A stretch of DNA of 64,000 bases from an uncultured Bacteroidota bacterium (GTDB lineage Bacteria > Bacteroidota > Bacteroidia > Bacteroidales > F082). The notes below the pieces were generated by a model. It did no database searches and was not told the DNA's origin. It saw nothing but the letters and a program-made list of their open reading frames with translations. Below, in pieces: positions 17,960 through 27,784 of this stretch. Each line of letters begins with the position of its first letter. The first letter of the stretch is position 1. The stretch is from assembly GCA_900542475.1 (NCBI GenBank), contig UQNO01000002.1, forward strand, positions 64,486 to 128,485, given 5' to 3'. A program made the translations under genes and the position numbers.

Positions 17960-19897
17960 ATGAAGAGAATACCAGTTTTTTTTAAAATCACATTCAATCT
18001 ATACCTTGTTCTGATTGCGATTTACACCGCTTTCAGAGTGTCGCTTCTGCTTTTAAATCTCGATAGAGTTGGCGAAACCTCCTTTGCAGAAGTCCTGCAA
18101 TCTTTCATCATGGGCGTGAGATTCGACGTCGTAACCATTGGATTTGTTATTGCAATACCAACGATAATTCTCACTGTCTTCTCTTTCTTTGGCAAGAAAA
18201 GCAGACCCTTTGAGCATGTTTACACCTGGGTTCTTACCGTATGTTTCACGATAACTTTCGGCATTTGTGCCGCCGACATCCCTTATTTCGACCAGTTTTT
18301 CGACAGATTTAATGTCACCGCTTTCGAGTGGATGGCGACAGGCGACAGCGCCTTCGTCTTCAAGATGGTGCTCGAGGAGCCGACCTATATACTGATGCTG
18401 CTGCCTGTGATTGCCTGCGGCTTCGTTTTCTGGTTCTTTGCCAATAGAATTATGAAAAACTCAACAGGCTGGGAATCTGTAAGTTATGTGCGATATGGCG
18501 TTTATACGGTGCTGTTGTGGGGGCTTGTTTTCATAGGAATGAGAGGGCGCTTGAACGAAAAATCGCCTATCATGGTCGGTACTGCCTATTTTTGTAACAA
18601 CGCCATGCTTAATCAGCTCGGATTGAATCCTAATTTTACTTTGGCGAGAAGCTGGCTCGACAGCAAAGACCCTGACAATCAGAAGGTTGGATTTATGTCA
18701 GATGATGAGGCAATAGCGATGGTGCGGAAAAACTTAAACATCGACAGGCATTATGAAAATTATCCTGTCGCCCGTGAAATTAAAGGTGAGGAGAAATCCA
18801 ACGACTTCAACGTGATTGTGGTGATAATGGAAGGCATGAGCTACAACAAGACGGCTCATGGCGGCAACACCGACAATCTTACACCCTTCCTTGATTCCCT
18901 GATGGATAAATCATTGAGTTTCAATAACTGTTATACGACAGGCACGCATACATACTGTGGCATTTACAGCACCATGGTATCGTATCCGGTTGTGTTCAGA
19001 AACCATGCGCTGAAGCGCATTCCTGTTCTGCAATATGACGGTATTGCATCGACTTTGCAGAAAAACGGCTATCAGACGGCTTATTTCACCACTCACGACA
19101 AGGAGTTCGACAATGTGGCGGGTTTCTTGAGCCAAAACGGGGTGGAGCGTATCATCTCGCAAGCCGACTATCCGTCCGGCGAGGTGAAGACGACGCTCGG
19201 TGTCCCCGATGACTATATGTTCATATTTTCCATGCCGGTTTTTGACGAGATGGCAAGCAAGGGGAAGCCGTTTTTCGCTGCCATGATGACCGCTTCCGAC
19301 CACGGCCCGTTCTATATCCCCGACTATTTCGAGCCGCGAAACACCGAAATAAAATATCAGATTACCGAATATGCCGATTGGTCGCTGCGGCGTTTCGTCG
19401 AGATGGCGCAGGAAAGACCATGGTTCGACAACACTTTGTTCGTCTTCATTGCCGACCACGGAGCAGTTCTCGACACCGACTATTCCATACCGTTGAGCTA
19501 TTTCCACAGCCCCCTGGTGTTTTACAAAAAAGACATACAAGCTGTCGCCGACGAGTCTGTGGCAAGCCAGATGGATATATTCCCCACTGTTATGGGGATT
19601 TTGGGCAAATCATATATTAACAACAGTTTCGGAATCGACTTGCTGAAGGAAAAGAGACCTTATGTGTATTTCATGGGTGACGACAAATACGGTGTGTTGA
19701 ACCACGAGTGGTTGTTGATAAACAAGCCGGCGGAAGAGCAAACGGGCTTGTATAAATATTTGGAAAAAGACAAGAAAAACTATATCGCCGACTTTCCCGA
19801 AGTTGCGGAAGCAATGCGGAAATATGGAGAATCGGCATGGCAAGTCAGTGAATATCAACTGGATAAGAAAAAAACCAAATTTTTTCTTGACAAATAA
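17960..19897 (+). CDS. LTA-synthase-family sulfatase/phosphoglycerol transferase (alkaline-phosphatase superfamily) membrane protein
   Basis: Five N-terminal TM helices plus an extracytoplasmic sulfatase domain. Confidence 0.75.
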   Translation: MKRIPVFFKITFNLYLVLIAIYTAFRVSLLLLNLDRVGETSFAEVLQSFIMGVRFDVVTIGFVIAIPTIILTVFSFFGKKSRPFEHVYTWVLTVCFTITFGICAADIPYFDQFFDRFNVTAFEWMATGDSAFVFKMVLEEPTYILMLLPVIACGFVFWFFANRIMKNSTGWESVSYVRYGVYTVLLWGLVFIGMRGRLNEKSPIMVGTAYFCNNAMLNQLGLNPNFTLARSWLDSKDPDNQKVGFMSDDEAIAMVRKNLNIDRHYENYPVAREIKGEEKSNDFNVIVVIMEGMSYNKTAHGGNTDNLTPFLDSLMDKSLSFNNCYTTGTHTYCGIYSTMVSYPVVFRNHALKRIPVLQYDGIASTLQKNGYQTAYFTTHDKEFDNVAGFLSQNGVERIISQADYPSGEVKTTLGVPDDYMFIFSMPVFDEMASKGKPFFAAMMTASDHGPFYIPDYFEPRNTEIKYQITEYADWSLRRFVEMAQERPWFDNTLFVFIADHGAVLDTDYSIPLSYFHSPLVFYKKDIQAVADESVASQMDIFPTVMGILGKSYINNSFGIDLLKEKRPYVYFMGDDKYGVLNHEWLLINKPAEEQTGLYKYLEKDKKNYIADFPEVAEAMRKYGESAWQVSEYQLDKKKTKFFLDK

Positions 19898-19925
19898 AAA
19901 AAAGTTGTAATTTTGCAGTCGGAAA

Positions 19926-19998
19926 TGCCCAATGGTGTAATTGGCAACACGACTGACTCTGGATCAGTAAAGTCTAGGTTCGAACCCTGGTTGGGCAA
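19926..19998 (+). tRNA. tRNA-Gln (anticodon CTG)
   Basis: Manually folded. The acceptor stem is TGCCCAA/TTGGGCA, the anticodon stem is ACTGA/TCAGT with loop CTCTGGA, and GGTTCGAACCC forms the T-arm. Confidence 0.7.
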
Positions 19999-20551
19999 CA
20001 GAATAATCGCCATAACTTGTTAACATTGTTGAGGTTGTGGCGATTTTTTTGCTTCTTCAGAAAAAGAATGAGACAATCCGTTTTCCATTTTTTTGTTTCG
20101 ATTTTTGTAAAATAATACAATTAGCCGGCAAAATGTTGTTTGTCTTGCCAAAAACACCCGTAAAATCTTGCCCGATGTTTTTTTATGACATACTTTTGCA
20201 AAAAAAATTGACAATGAAGAAAAAAATTTCCATAGTATGAGCATTAGTCAAAAAAATGACTATATTTGCAGCGAGTTGGGGGAGAAATCCTGACTCGGCA
20301 AGAAAGGCATTCAGCAGTCCCAAGCTTTAAAATCGCCAATTAAAAAGTTACGAAGGACGAAGGCTAATGCTCACTTTTGTTTTGATTTCAACAGACTTTT
20401 GTCAAGTTGATAGAAACATGCGTGGGAATTTGTTTCTTCAGTTCATTTCGTAACAGGTGTTTGGCGATACCTAAAGTTTGATGGGCTGTAAAGAATCGAG
20501 TCTCACGCTTTTCTTGTATTAATTAAGGTAAAAAAACCGATTCGGTGGGAC

Positions 20552-20794
20552 TTGCGGAGCGTAAAACTATTAACTATGCTTTACAGAATCGCAGTAAAAT
20601 CGCCAAAGAACACAAACGGCGTCCGCATCGAGCGAGACATGTCGGTCGATGTGGTAACAAACAGTTTCGGCGACCCTGTTTCGACCAACGGCGGGCAGGT
20701 CGTGGCCGACGCTTTCATGAGAATTTACGGTATTGACATCAAAAAAGCTGGAGCTTTGAGCAGAGCTTGGCTGGATGTGGAAAGGATTGGATAA
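20552..20794 (+). CDS. Small hypothetical protein (80 aa; start uncertain)
   Basis: ORF only. GC is higher than in the downstream island. No recognisable domain. Confidence 0.25.
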   Translation: MRSVKLLTMLYRIAVKSPKNTNGVRIERDMSVDVVTNSFGDPVSTNGGQVVADAFMRIYGIDIKKAGALSRAWLDVERIG

Positions 20795-21362
20795 ATTTTT
20801 AATTATTAAAAATATGAATAATATGAATAATATGAATAATACGGACACTTATGTTCATTTTGCCAGAAACATAGAAAGATTTGTCGATGGAGCTCTGGAT
20901 GATGAAATTAAAAAGGCTATTAAACTCAAGGCTTTAATAGCAGGAATTGTTATGGCTGTTCCTTTATGGGGTTTAGAAGTAATTATTTATGCAATTTGTT
21001 TATGGGGTACATATAAAACAATATGTGATATAGGTCATGTCCCTTTTAGAGAAAATTTCTTCAAAAATGTATTATCGGGATTTATTATCAATTTGATAGT
21101 AACATTTATACTAGGACTGATAATGGATTTGATTCCTGTAATAGGATGGATTGCATCATTTGCGATAGGGTCTATATCATTATATTTAAGTGCTATGGGT
21201 TATGTAAAAGTATTAAAGCAATTCCATGGTAATAAACTTAGAACTAACGTGAACTTCAAAAAAGGATATGATAACATGAAAAAAAATGCATATTCCAGAG
21301 ATACAACTATTGATAAAGTCATTGATGGCACATCAAAATATATTGATAATGGAAATTATTGA
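20775..21362 (+). CDS. Hypothetical integral membrane protein (about 4 TM) at the boundary of the AT-rich island
   Basis: Hydrophobic segments are present. Alternative start at 20814 within a 3x ATGAATAAT tandem repeat (MNNMNNMNN). Confidence 0.5.
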   Translation: MWKGLDKFLIIKNMNNMNNMNNTDTYVHFARNIERFVDGALDDEIKKAIKLKALIAGIVMAVPLWGLEVIIYAICLWGTYKTICDIGHVPFRENFFKNVLSGFIINLIVTFILGLIMDLIPVIGWIASFAIGSISLYLSAMGYVKVLKQFHGNKLRTNVNFKKGYDNMKKNAYSRDTTIDKVIDGTSKYIDNGNY

Positions 21363-21460
21363 TAAGAATACAACTATTTAACAATATAGGAGAATTGCCG
21401 AAAATCCTTTAAAGAGTAGGCGTTTAACAGTTGTGCCCGACACAAATTAGGGTTAAAATA

Positions 21461-21607
21461 ATGGTACTTTCATATCAAAAACAGGATTATCAAGCACCAA
21501 AAATTTTTGGTGTTAAAGAAAACGAGATGACGCCAATGGCAGCAAATCGTTTCATGCCAGGGAATATGTGCTGCGTTTGCACGGGAATTGGCATGTCAAG
21601 GACTTAA
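21461..21607 (+). CDS. Candidate RiPP precursor peptide (48 aa, C-terminal Cys-rich core: MVLSYQKQDYQAPKIFGVKENEMTPMAANRFMPGNMCCVCTGIGMSRT)
   Basis: Hand-translated small ORF, absent from the track because it is under 60 aa. It lies 70 nt upstream of a radical SAM/SPASM gene on the same strand and has a CCVC cluster near the C-terminus. Confidence 0.55.
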   Translation: MVLSYQKQDYQAPKIFGVKENEMTPMAANRFMPGNMCCVCTGIGMSRT

Positions 21608-21676
21608 AACGTTATTAAATAACACAGAGACTGCGTAAAAAGTTTAGCAGTCTCTGTAAACTTTTTTATTAAAGTA

Positions 21677-23077
21677 ATGTATTATAAATTAAACAGTTTT
21701 GTGTTTGTCAGAAATGTCAATAATTATATGCAAATCATTGACAAACGAATTGATGATGAATTAATTGGTGACTTCAATTCTTATTTATTTGCCAAACATT
21801 TGGATTATGCTTTTAGGCATATTGATGTGATTACCGAGAAAATATGCATGGAATTTTTGGGGAATGTAGACTTTGGTGTTGTAAGAAGTGATACTATTCA
21901 TTTTTTGGACAGGTTAGTTGATTTTGGTTTGGTGACAAAAAGTCTCAAAACGGAATATGTTGATAATCATATAGATAACAAACCAATACGACACAATATT
22001 TTATTGCCCAAAGATGAATTAGAGAAGTTTCAATCGTTAAAAAGGCAAAATCCTTGCTTACAAAACATTGTGGTTGAAATAACACAAATATGCAATGAAA
22101 GATGTCTCCATTGTTATATACCACATGAGAACAAGAATTCTGTAATGTCCGACAAAGATTTTTATAAAATTGTTGATATGTGCAGTGAAATAAAAACCAT
22201 TGTCAATTTTAGGCTTACTGGTGGTGAATGTATGAGTCATCCTTCTTTTAAACATTATATAAAATATGTTAAAGAGAGAGGTTTTGCTTTGATTTTGCTG
22301 ACAAACTTAACATTATTAGATGATGATATAATTAAAATTTTGAAAACAGGAACATTGTCTCAGGTTCAAGTGTCTTTGTTCGCGCTTGATCCAAATGTTC
22401 ACGATAAAATCACAACAATACCCGGTTCTCTAAATAGGACTTTAAAAAATATAGAGAGATTAAAATCAGCAGGTATTCCTGTGACGATTGCCACACAAGC
22501 AATGGAAATCAACAAAAACAGTATTGATGGATTATATAAATACGCAAAACATAATGGTTTTGACTTGCGGTGCGACTGGACAATAATTGCAAAAGAAGAT
22601 AGAAATAATAATAATTTATCACATAGAATTTGCGATCTTACAACTTATAAAAATCTCTGTAAATTGAGATTAAAGTATATGGAGGGTTATAAAGACGATG
22701 TAAGCAAAGAGTTGTCAAGAACACCAAAATCGGAAATCACCCATCTATGTAATGCAGGAACAAATGGATTATACGTTGATACAAATTTGTTTGTTCATCC
22801 ATGTCCAGGTTGGGATTTGACGGTTGGAAATCTCAAACAAGAATCATTGTCTCATATTTGGAACTATTCCGAAAATTTGCAAAAGGTACGAGATGTTGTG
22901 TTGAAAGATTTCCCCAAATGTGTAAAATGCGACATCAGAAATCTTTGCTCAATTTGTATGGCACAAGCCGATTTGGAAAACACAGCACACGACTTTAAGT
23001 TTGAGATGCCAGAATATGTGTGTTCTATGTATAAAGTAATTTATGATACGATTCAAGACGAGGTATTTAAAGTCTGA
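21677..23077 (+). CDS. Radical SAM / SPASM-domain peptide-modifying enzyme (RiPP maturase-like)
   Basis: CNERCLHC (CxxxCxxC) 4Fe-4S motif. The C-terminal Cys clusters (CNAG...CPGW, CVKCDIRNLCSIC) are typical of a SPASM/twitch domain. An N-terminal extension of about 120 aa is consistent with a peptide-recognition domain. Confidence 0.85.
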   Translation: MYYKLNSFVFVRNVNNYMQIIDKRIDDELIGDFNSYLFAKHLDYAFRHIDVITEKICMEFLGNVDFGVVRSDTIHFLDRLVDFGLVTKSLKTEYVDNHIDNKPIRHNILLPKDELEKFQSLKRQNPCLQNIVVEITQICNERCLHCYIPHENKNSVMSDKDFYKIVDMCSEIKTIVNFRLTGGECMSHPSFKHYIKYVKERGFALILLTNLTLLDDDIIKILKTGTLSQVQVSLFALDPNVHDKITTIPGSLNRTLKNIERLKSAGIPVTIATQAMEINKNSIDGLYKYAKHNGFDLRCDWTIIAKEDRNNNNLSHRICDLTTYKNLCKLRLKYMEGYKDDVSKELSRTPKSEITHLCNAGTNGLYVDTNLFVHPCPGWDLTVGNLKQESLSHIWNYSENLQKVRDVVLKDFPKCVKCDIRNLCSICMAQADLENTAHDFKFEMPEYVCSMYKVIYDTIQDEVFKV

Positions 23078-23129
23078 TGAGTCAGTTTGCGGTGTTTATA
23101 ATTATTATAGTAACTTTAAATAATATATT

Positions 23130-23594
23130 ATGTCAAAAAATGTCAAAGAAAGCAAAGTTATTAAGGAACTTGATGGTAAATCCAGGCAAGAACAAATTGA
23201 AATCATCAAGAAACACGTGCAAAACAAGGACTACAAAAATCGACAATTTGAAACAATTACAAATGCTTTTGCAAACGATTCTGGTGTTTTAAAAATTATC
23301 ATTGATAGTTTAAGAATCTTAAAAACAACATCAGAGTTTATTGTTGATAAACATGAAAAAGCGTTTCAAAAGGCTTGTTCTGTAGCGGAAAAAGTTATTG
23401 ATAATCCCAATTCTACTGAAAAAGAGAGAGCAGATGCTATAAAACTTATCAATAAATGCTACGTAATGTTAACTGCTGTAAATGCAATAATCATAATAGC
23501 TATTTTGATTCCAATACTATTGTTAATAAGCATTTTGACAAGAGGTAATAACAATAATAATGTTGCTAACACTAACCCTACACCTAAAACATGA
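23130..23594 (+). CDS. Hypothetical protein with C-terminal TM helix and Asn-rich tail
   Basis: ORF in the AT-rich island directly after the rSAM gene. Single hydrophobic helix AVNAIIIIAILIPILLLISIL. Confidence 0.5.
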   Translation: MSKNVKESKVIKELDGKSRQEQIEIIKKHVQNKDYKNRQFETITNAFANDSGVLKIIIDSLRILKTTSEFIVDKHEKAFQKACSVAEKVIDNPNSTEKERADAIKLINKCYVMLTAVNAIIIIAILIPILLLISILTRGNNNNNVANTNPTPKT

Positions 23595-23711
23595 CCGCTC
23601 TTGTAGGAATCCTCAACAAGCGTGCTGCTGTTATTGCAGCCGATAGTGCCGTTACAATTACTCGTGGCGACAAGAATCCGCAGATGATGGAAAAGAGATA
23701 AAAGCGGCATC

Positions 23712-24071
23712 ATGAGAAAATCAACACTCCAGTTCGACCAACCCGCCCGTCGCGTCTATACCGCCACGAAAAATGCCGTTCAATCATGCGGCCAATTCAA
23801 GAAGATAGTATGCAACGATGACAATTTCACCGTCACGGCGAGGCATGGGATGAGCCTGTTTCCATTCGGTGAAAACATAACCATTCATGTTGTCGCCACA
23901 GGCACTCAGGAAACGGAGGTTCGCATTGAATCGAAATCTCGCATATTTCTTAACTTCATTAACGGCGGCGTAAACAAAAAGAACGTCCAGAGCCTCGAAG
24001 ACTTCATCCGCAACAGGGTATATAAACTTTGCAGCGACGAGGAAATAAAACTTAAAACGTTTAATAATTAG
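23712..24071 (+). CDS. Hypothetical protein
   Basis: 119-aa ORF with no recognised domain. Confidence 0.4.
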   Translation: MRKSTLQFDQPARRVYTATKNAVQSCGQFKKIVCNDDNFTVTARHGMSLFPFGENITIHVVATGTQETEVRIESKSRIFLNFINGGVNKKNVQSLEDFIRNRVYKLCSDEEIKLKTFNN

Positions 24072-24082
24072 TAATAAACATT

Positions 24083-24274
24083 ATGATCAGAGGCAAAACC
24101 ATTTTCCGCTGCACCAACTGCCATAAAGTGTTTGTTGGTGTTGACGTTGAATATATGGCAACAGCGTTGTCAGTGCCCGTCAAATGCCCAAAATGCAGCA
24201 GTAATCATACTTTGCCATTGCTCGCATTTAAACATTTGTATAAAGGAATTTGGAAAAATATGAACAACAAATAA
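24083..24274 (+). CDS. Small zinc-ribbon protein (CxxC...CxxC)
   Basis: CTNCHK...CPKCSS. Confidence 0.45.
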   Translation: MIRGKTIFRCTNCHKVFVGVDVEYMATALSVPVKCPKCSSNHTLPLLAFKHLYKGIWKNMNNK

Positions 24275-24364
24275 GTCAATTCAATTATGAATCTATCAGT
24301 ATCATTTCAAGAATTATCCGGACTCCTGTCGAAGACATGAGGCAAAAGCATCGGATTCGAGTTT

Positions 24365-24772
24365 GTGTCCCACGACACCGTCAAAGTTATAATACACGAC
24401 ATCAATGAGTTTGTGGAGAAAAAAGGAGGCGTCGCCAAATTTGCCACTATTGTTGTGAAAAAGCTTGGGGCTCAAACACAAAGTGTAAAAGCGAGAATTG
24501 TGGAAATCGCAAATAACGACGTTGTGCTGGATTTGACGGTTGACAACGGCGCAATCGACCGGTTGTATAAATACCTGGCATCGCGTCTCATCGACCAAAA
24601 AACAATAGTGTCGGATCCGGACAACCCGGGACGGCTCACAGTGCGTCTGGCGGAAATAGATTCGTTGAGAAAAACGCTTGACATTGTCGAATTGGACAAA
24701 CTGGCTTTTGACGAGACATCGGCATTGATTACCTCAAAACAAAAAAACAGTGACACGAGGAGTGTGTCCTGA
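24365..24772 (+). CDS. Hypothetical protein
   Basis: 135-aa ORF with coding-like composition. Confidence 0.45.
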   Translation: MSHDTVKVIIHDINEFVEKKGGVAKFATIVVKKLGAQTQSVKARIVEIANNDVVLDLTVDNGAIDRLYKYLASRLIDQKTIVSDPDNPGRLTVRLAEIDSLRKTLDIVELDKLAFDETSALITSKQKNSDTRSVS

Positions 24773-24841
24773 AGAACCCTGATGTTACGGGTGGAAAGAA
24801 GCCGGGGCGGGGAAATACATGTTCGACGAGAACAGCCCGCC

Positions 24842-24849
24842 GGGGGGGG
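24842..24849. repeat. G8 homopolymer tract (intergenic, between convergent genes)
   Basis: Seen directly: CGGGGGGGGT. Confidence 0.9.
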
Positions 24850-24874
24850 TGATGACTTTGCGGTTCAAGCGGGT

Positions 24875-25474
24875 TTACTGGCATTTCCCGGGAGACGCCG
24901 AAGCCTTGTTGATGTGCGAGTACACCATTCTCTGGAAGTCAACTCCAAAGGCGTGGCAGCGGTCTGCAAGTGTGAAGCCGACCGAGGAGTACAGGCGGAT
25001 AAGATGCGGCATTCCCGGATCGACAAGCAAGGTGATTTTGTCGTATCCCAGGCTGATGCCGCGTTCTATTGCATCATGTATCAGGGCTCGCCCGATGCCT
25101 TGTCCTCGTTGCGACGGCAGCACAGCCAGAGTGTCGAGGTAAAACTCCCCCGGACCGGTCTCTTGCTCGAAAATGCCATCAACATTCGCAAAATCAGGCC
25201 ACGGCTCGGTGAAGGTGCGCTGTCGTAGCTCTTTATAAATCTCGCCTGGATAGCTTAAAAGCGCCCCCGCCAATTGACCGTCAACCTCCGCAACACGGCT
25301 GTTGCGGTATGTGTAAAGCAAGTTGTCGCTCTGCGCGCATTCGGTGAACCGCCGGAAAACGTCCTTGCTCTCGGGAATCTCTTTTTCGAAATCATAGATG
25401 TGCAGCCCGGCCATCAGACATTTGGCCAGAAAAGGAGCGTCGGAAGGAGTGGCATTACGAATTGTCATTGTCAT
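24875..25474 (-). CDS. GNAT family N-acetyltransferase
   Basis: QRGQGIGRAL acetyl-CoA binding motif (Q/RxxGxG/A). Confidence 0.8.
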   Translation of the reverse strand: MTMTIRNATPSDAPFLAKCLMAGLHIYDFEKEIPESKDVFRRFTECAQSDNLLYTYRNSRVAEVDGQLAGALLSYPGEIYKELRQRTFTEPWPDFANVDGIFEQETGPGEFYLDTLAVLPSQRGQGIGRALIHDAIERGISLGYDKITLLVDPGMPHLIRLYSSVGFTLADRCHAFGVDFQRMVYSHINKASASPGKCQ

Positions 25475-25589
25475 GATTTTTCCCGCAAAGATACTGCTTT
25501 TTTGATAATGAACGGAAGTTTCAAGCGTTTTTTGTCACGGGTGATTTTTTTGTGTCTGTCCTGGAAAAACACTGTTGTCTCAATTTTTG

Positions 25590-25635
25590 CGATTTTTTTG
25601 TCGGAGATATTTGTTTTATACTTATTTTTGCACTC
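25590..25635 (+). promoter_or_regulatory. Candidate promoter of the UpxY-led capsule operon (-7 TATTTTTG at 25623-25630)
   Basis: TAnnTTTG match about 150 nt upstream of upxY. A long 5' UTR is typical for UpxY-regulated loci. Confidence 0.35.
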
Positions 25636-25782
25636 GATAAATTTCCATTTAATTGTGAGTTTTTAAATCGAGGCTGAATGAAGTGGAAATCCCAGCGTTT
25701 TTTATAAATAATTGAAACACAATAACATAGGTGATTTCGATGTCCCCGAGGTATACCTTGTTAAATGGTTGCGCCCTAAAAG

Positions 25783-26421
25783 ATGGATGGAAGAATTAAA
25801 AAAAAAGAATTAGAAAAAGAATTAGAAAAGAAATTAAAAAAAGACGAAGTCTCTTGGTATGTTTTGCGCGTTACTTATCAGCGTGAGATGGCGGCTGCGA
25901 AACAATTTGAAAAGCTTGGCGTAGAGCACTTCGTTCCCACAGTAAGAAAAAAAATCCACAATAATCAGGGTCTTGCGATAGGCTGGAGAACGGAACCGTT
26001 GATTCACAATTATATATTTGTCCACGACAGGTACAGCAACATTTACAAAATAAAGCACGGCAAGATGAATTATCTTCGTTTCGTGATGTCGAAGAGTCTC
26101 GAAAATGGTTTGAATGAGGCGCAATACGTACCCGACAAGCAGATGGCCGACTTCATGAAAGTTGTCCGCACCAGGGGTTCCAAGCCTGTGGATGCTGATA
26201 TAGACTTGCGCAAAGGCGACAGGGTGCGCGTGCTGACGGGTATGTTCGAGGGTGTCGAGGGAGTCTATGTAGAAATGCCGAACCGTCACGAAAAACGCGT
26301 CGTCGTAAAAATCGAGGGCGTCGCCGCGTTTGCGACAGTGGCACTGAAAGTTTCGGATGTGGAGAAACTCGAAGGAAAAGAGACGGAGACCAAGAATCTA
26401 TTCGATAGCGAAAATGCTTAA
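25783..26421 (+). CDS. upxY: UpxY-family transcription antiterminator (NusG/KOW paralog of capsule loci)
   Basis: WYVLRV...EHFVP NusG-N-like segment plus a C-terminal KOW. It sits at the head of a polysaccharide operon. Confidence 0.8.
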   Translation: MDGRIKKKELEKELEKKLKKDEVSWYVLRVTYQREMAAAKQFEKLGVEHFVPTVRKKIHNNQGLAIGWRTEPLIHNYIFVHDRYSNIYKIKHGKMNYLRFVMSKSLENGLNEAQYVPDKQMADFMKVVRTRGSKPVDADIDLRKGDRVRVLTGMFEGVEGVYVEMPNRHEKRVVVKIEGVAAFATVALKVSDVEKLEGKETETKNLFDSENA

Positions 26422-26488
26422 CTGTCTCCGAAAATAAAAACTCAAAGCATCAATCCGACAATCTATTAATCTTAATAATCTAAAAATC

Positions 26489-27784
26489 ATGAACATTTCC
26501 GTTGCAGGTACCGGTTATGTAGGTCTTTCAGTAGCGACTTTGTTGGCGCAGCACAATCATGTCACAGCCGTTGACGTGATTCCGGAAAAGGTTAGTCTCA
26601 TCAACAACAAGAAGTCTCCTGTTCAAGACGAATATATCGAGAAATATCTATTGGAGAAAAATCTTGACCTTACCGCCACTTTAGATGGCGAAGCCGCATA
26701 TAAAAACGCCGAGTTTGTCGTGATAGCGGCTCCCACCAACTATGATTCTCAAAAGAACTTCTTTGATACAAGTCGTGTCGAAGAGGTGATAGACCTTGTT
26801 CTGAAGGTGAATCCGGACGCTGTGATGGTTATCAAATCGACAATTCCGGTGGGTTACACCCGCGGATTGTATTTGAAATACGCCGCCAAAGGCGTGAAGA
26901 AGCTCAACTTGCTGTTTTCTCCGGAGTTCCTCAGGGAAAGCAAGGCGTTGTACGATAATCTGTATCCTTCAAGAATTATTGTCGGTTATCCTAAAGATAT
27001 TGAAGGTTTTGACGAGGAAAACGAGATTGTAAGGAAGATGGCGAGCGTCAATCTTGAGGAAAAGGCGCATGTTTTCGCAAGGCTTCTTCAGGAAGGTGCC
27101 GTCAAGGAAGACGTTCCGGTGTTGTTCATGGGAATGAAGGAGGCCGAGGCGGTGAAACTCTTCGCCAACACTTACCTTGCCTTGCGTGTTTCTTACTTCA
27201 ACGAGCTTGACACATACGCCGAGATAAAGGGCCTTGATACACAAGCGATTATTGAGGGTGTCGGTCTCGACCCCCGTATCGGGACGCATTACAACAACCC
27301 TTCTTTCGGCTACGGCGGTTATTGCTTGCCAAAAGATACCAAGCAGCTTCTTGCCAATTATGAGGACGTGCCTCAGAATATGATGAGCGCCATTGTGGAA
27401 AGCAACAGAACCCGTAAGGATTTTATCGCCGACCAGGTGCTTAAAATGGCTGGCTATTACGCCTACACGGAAAATAATGTTTATGGCTCCGAGCAACAGG
27501 TTCCTGTCATCGGGGTATATCGTCTCACCATGAAGAGCAATAGCGACAACTTCCGTCAGAGCGCCATACAAGGCGTGATGAAGCGCGTGAAAGCCAAAGG
27601 CGCGAAAGTGATTATCTATGAGCCGACATTGGAAGACGGCGGCACCTTCTTCGGCTCGTTGGTTGTCAACGACTTGAAGAAGTTCAAGGAGTTGTCGCAA
27701 GCCATCATCGCAAACAGATATGACAGCTGCCTTGATGACGTGAAGGACAAAGTTTATACGAGAGACATTTTTAAGAGAGATTAA
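26489..27784 (+). CDS. ugd: UDP-glucose 6-dehydrogenase (nucleotide-sugar dehydrogenase)
   Basis: N-terminal GTGYVG Rossmann motif and catalytic [10 protein letters not shown]. Confidence 0.85.
   Translation: MNISVAGTGYVGLSVATLLAQHNHVTAVDVIPEKVSLINNKKSPVQDEYIEKYLLEKNLDLTATLDGEAAYKNAEFVVIAAPTNYDSQKNFFDTSRVEEVIDLVLKVNPDAVMVIKSTIPVGYTRGLYLKYAAKGVKKLNLLFSPEFLRESKALYDNLYPSRIIVGYPKDIEGFDEENEIVRKMASVNLEEKAHVFARLLQEGAVKEDVPVLFMGMKEAEAVKLFANTYLALRVSYFNELDTYAEIKGLDTQAIIEGVGLDPRIGTHYNNPSFGYGGYCLPKDTKQLLANYEDVPQNMMSAIVESNRTRKDFIADQVLKMAGYYAYTENNVYGSEQQVPVIGVYRLTMKSNSDNFRQSAIQGVMKRVKAKGAKVIIYEPTLEDGGTFFGSLVVNDLKKFKELSQAIIANRYDSCLDDVKDKVYTRDIFKRD

Noticed and set aside
20020-20244. Overlapping ORFs on both strands (20020-20244 minus, 20037-20240 plus)
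   Set aside because: They lie in a non-coding stretch after tRNA-Gln. Mutually overlapping low-complexity ORFs with no coding-like composition are most likely spurious.
23591-23701. 36-codon ORF MTALVGILNKRAAVIAADSAVTITRGDKNPQMMEKR with HslV/Ntn-hydrolase-like N-terminal flavour
   Set aside because: It is too short and ends abruptly. It could be a truncated gene fragment at the island boundary, but the similarity is only impressionistic.
24782-25228. Plus-strand ORFs 24782-25228 and 24819-25142 in a GC-rich patch
   Set aside because: They overlap the GNAT gene on the opposite strand, which has the QRGQGIGRAL motif, and their translations are Arg/Gly-rich shadow frames.
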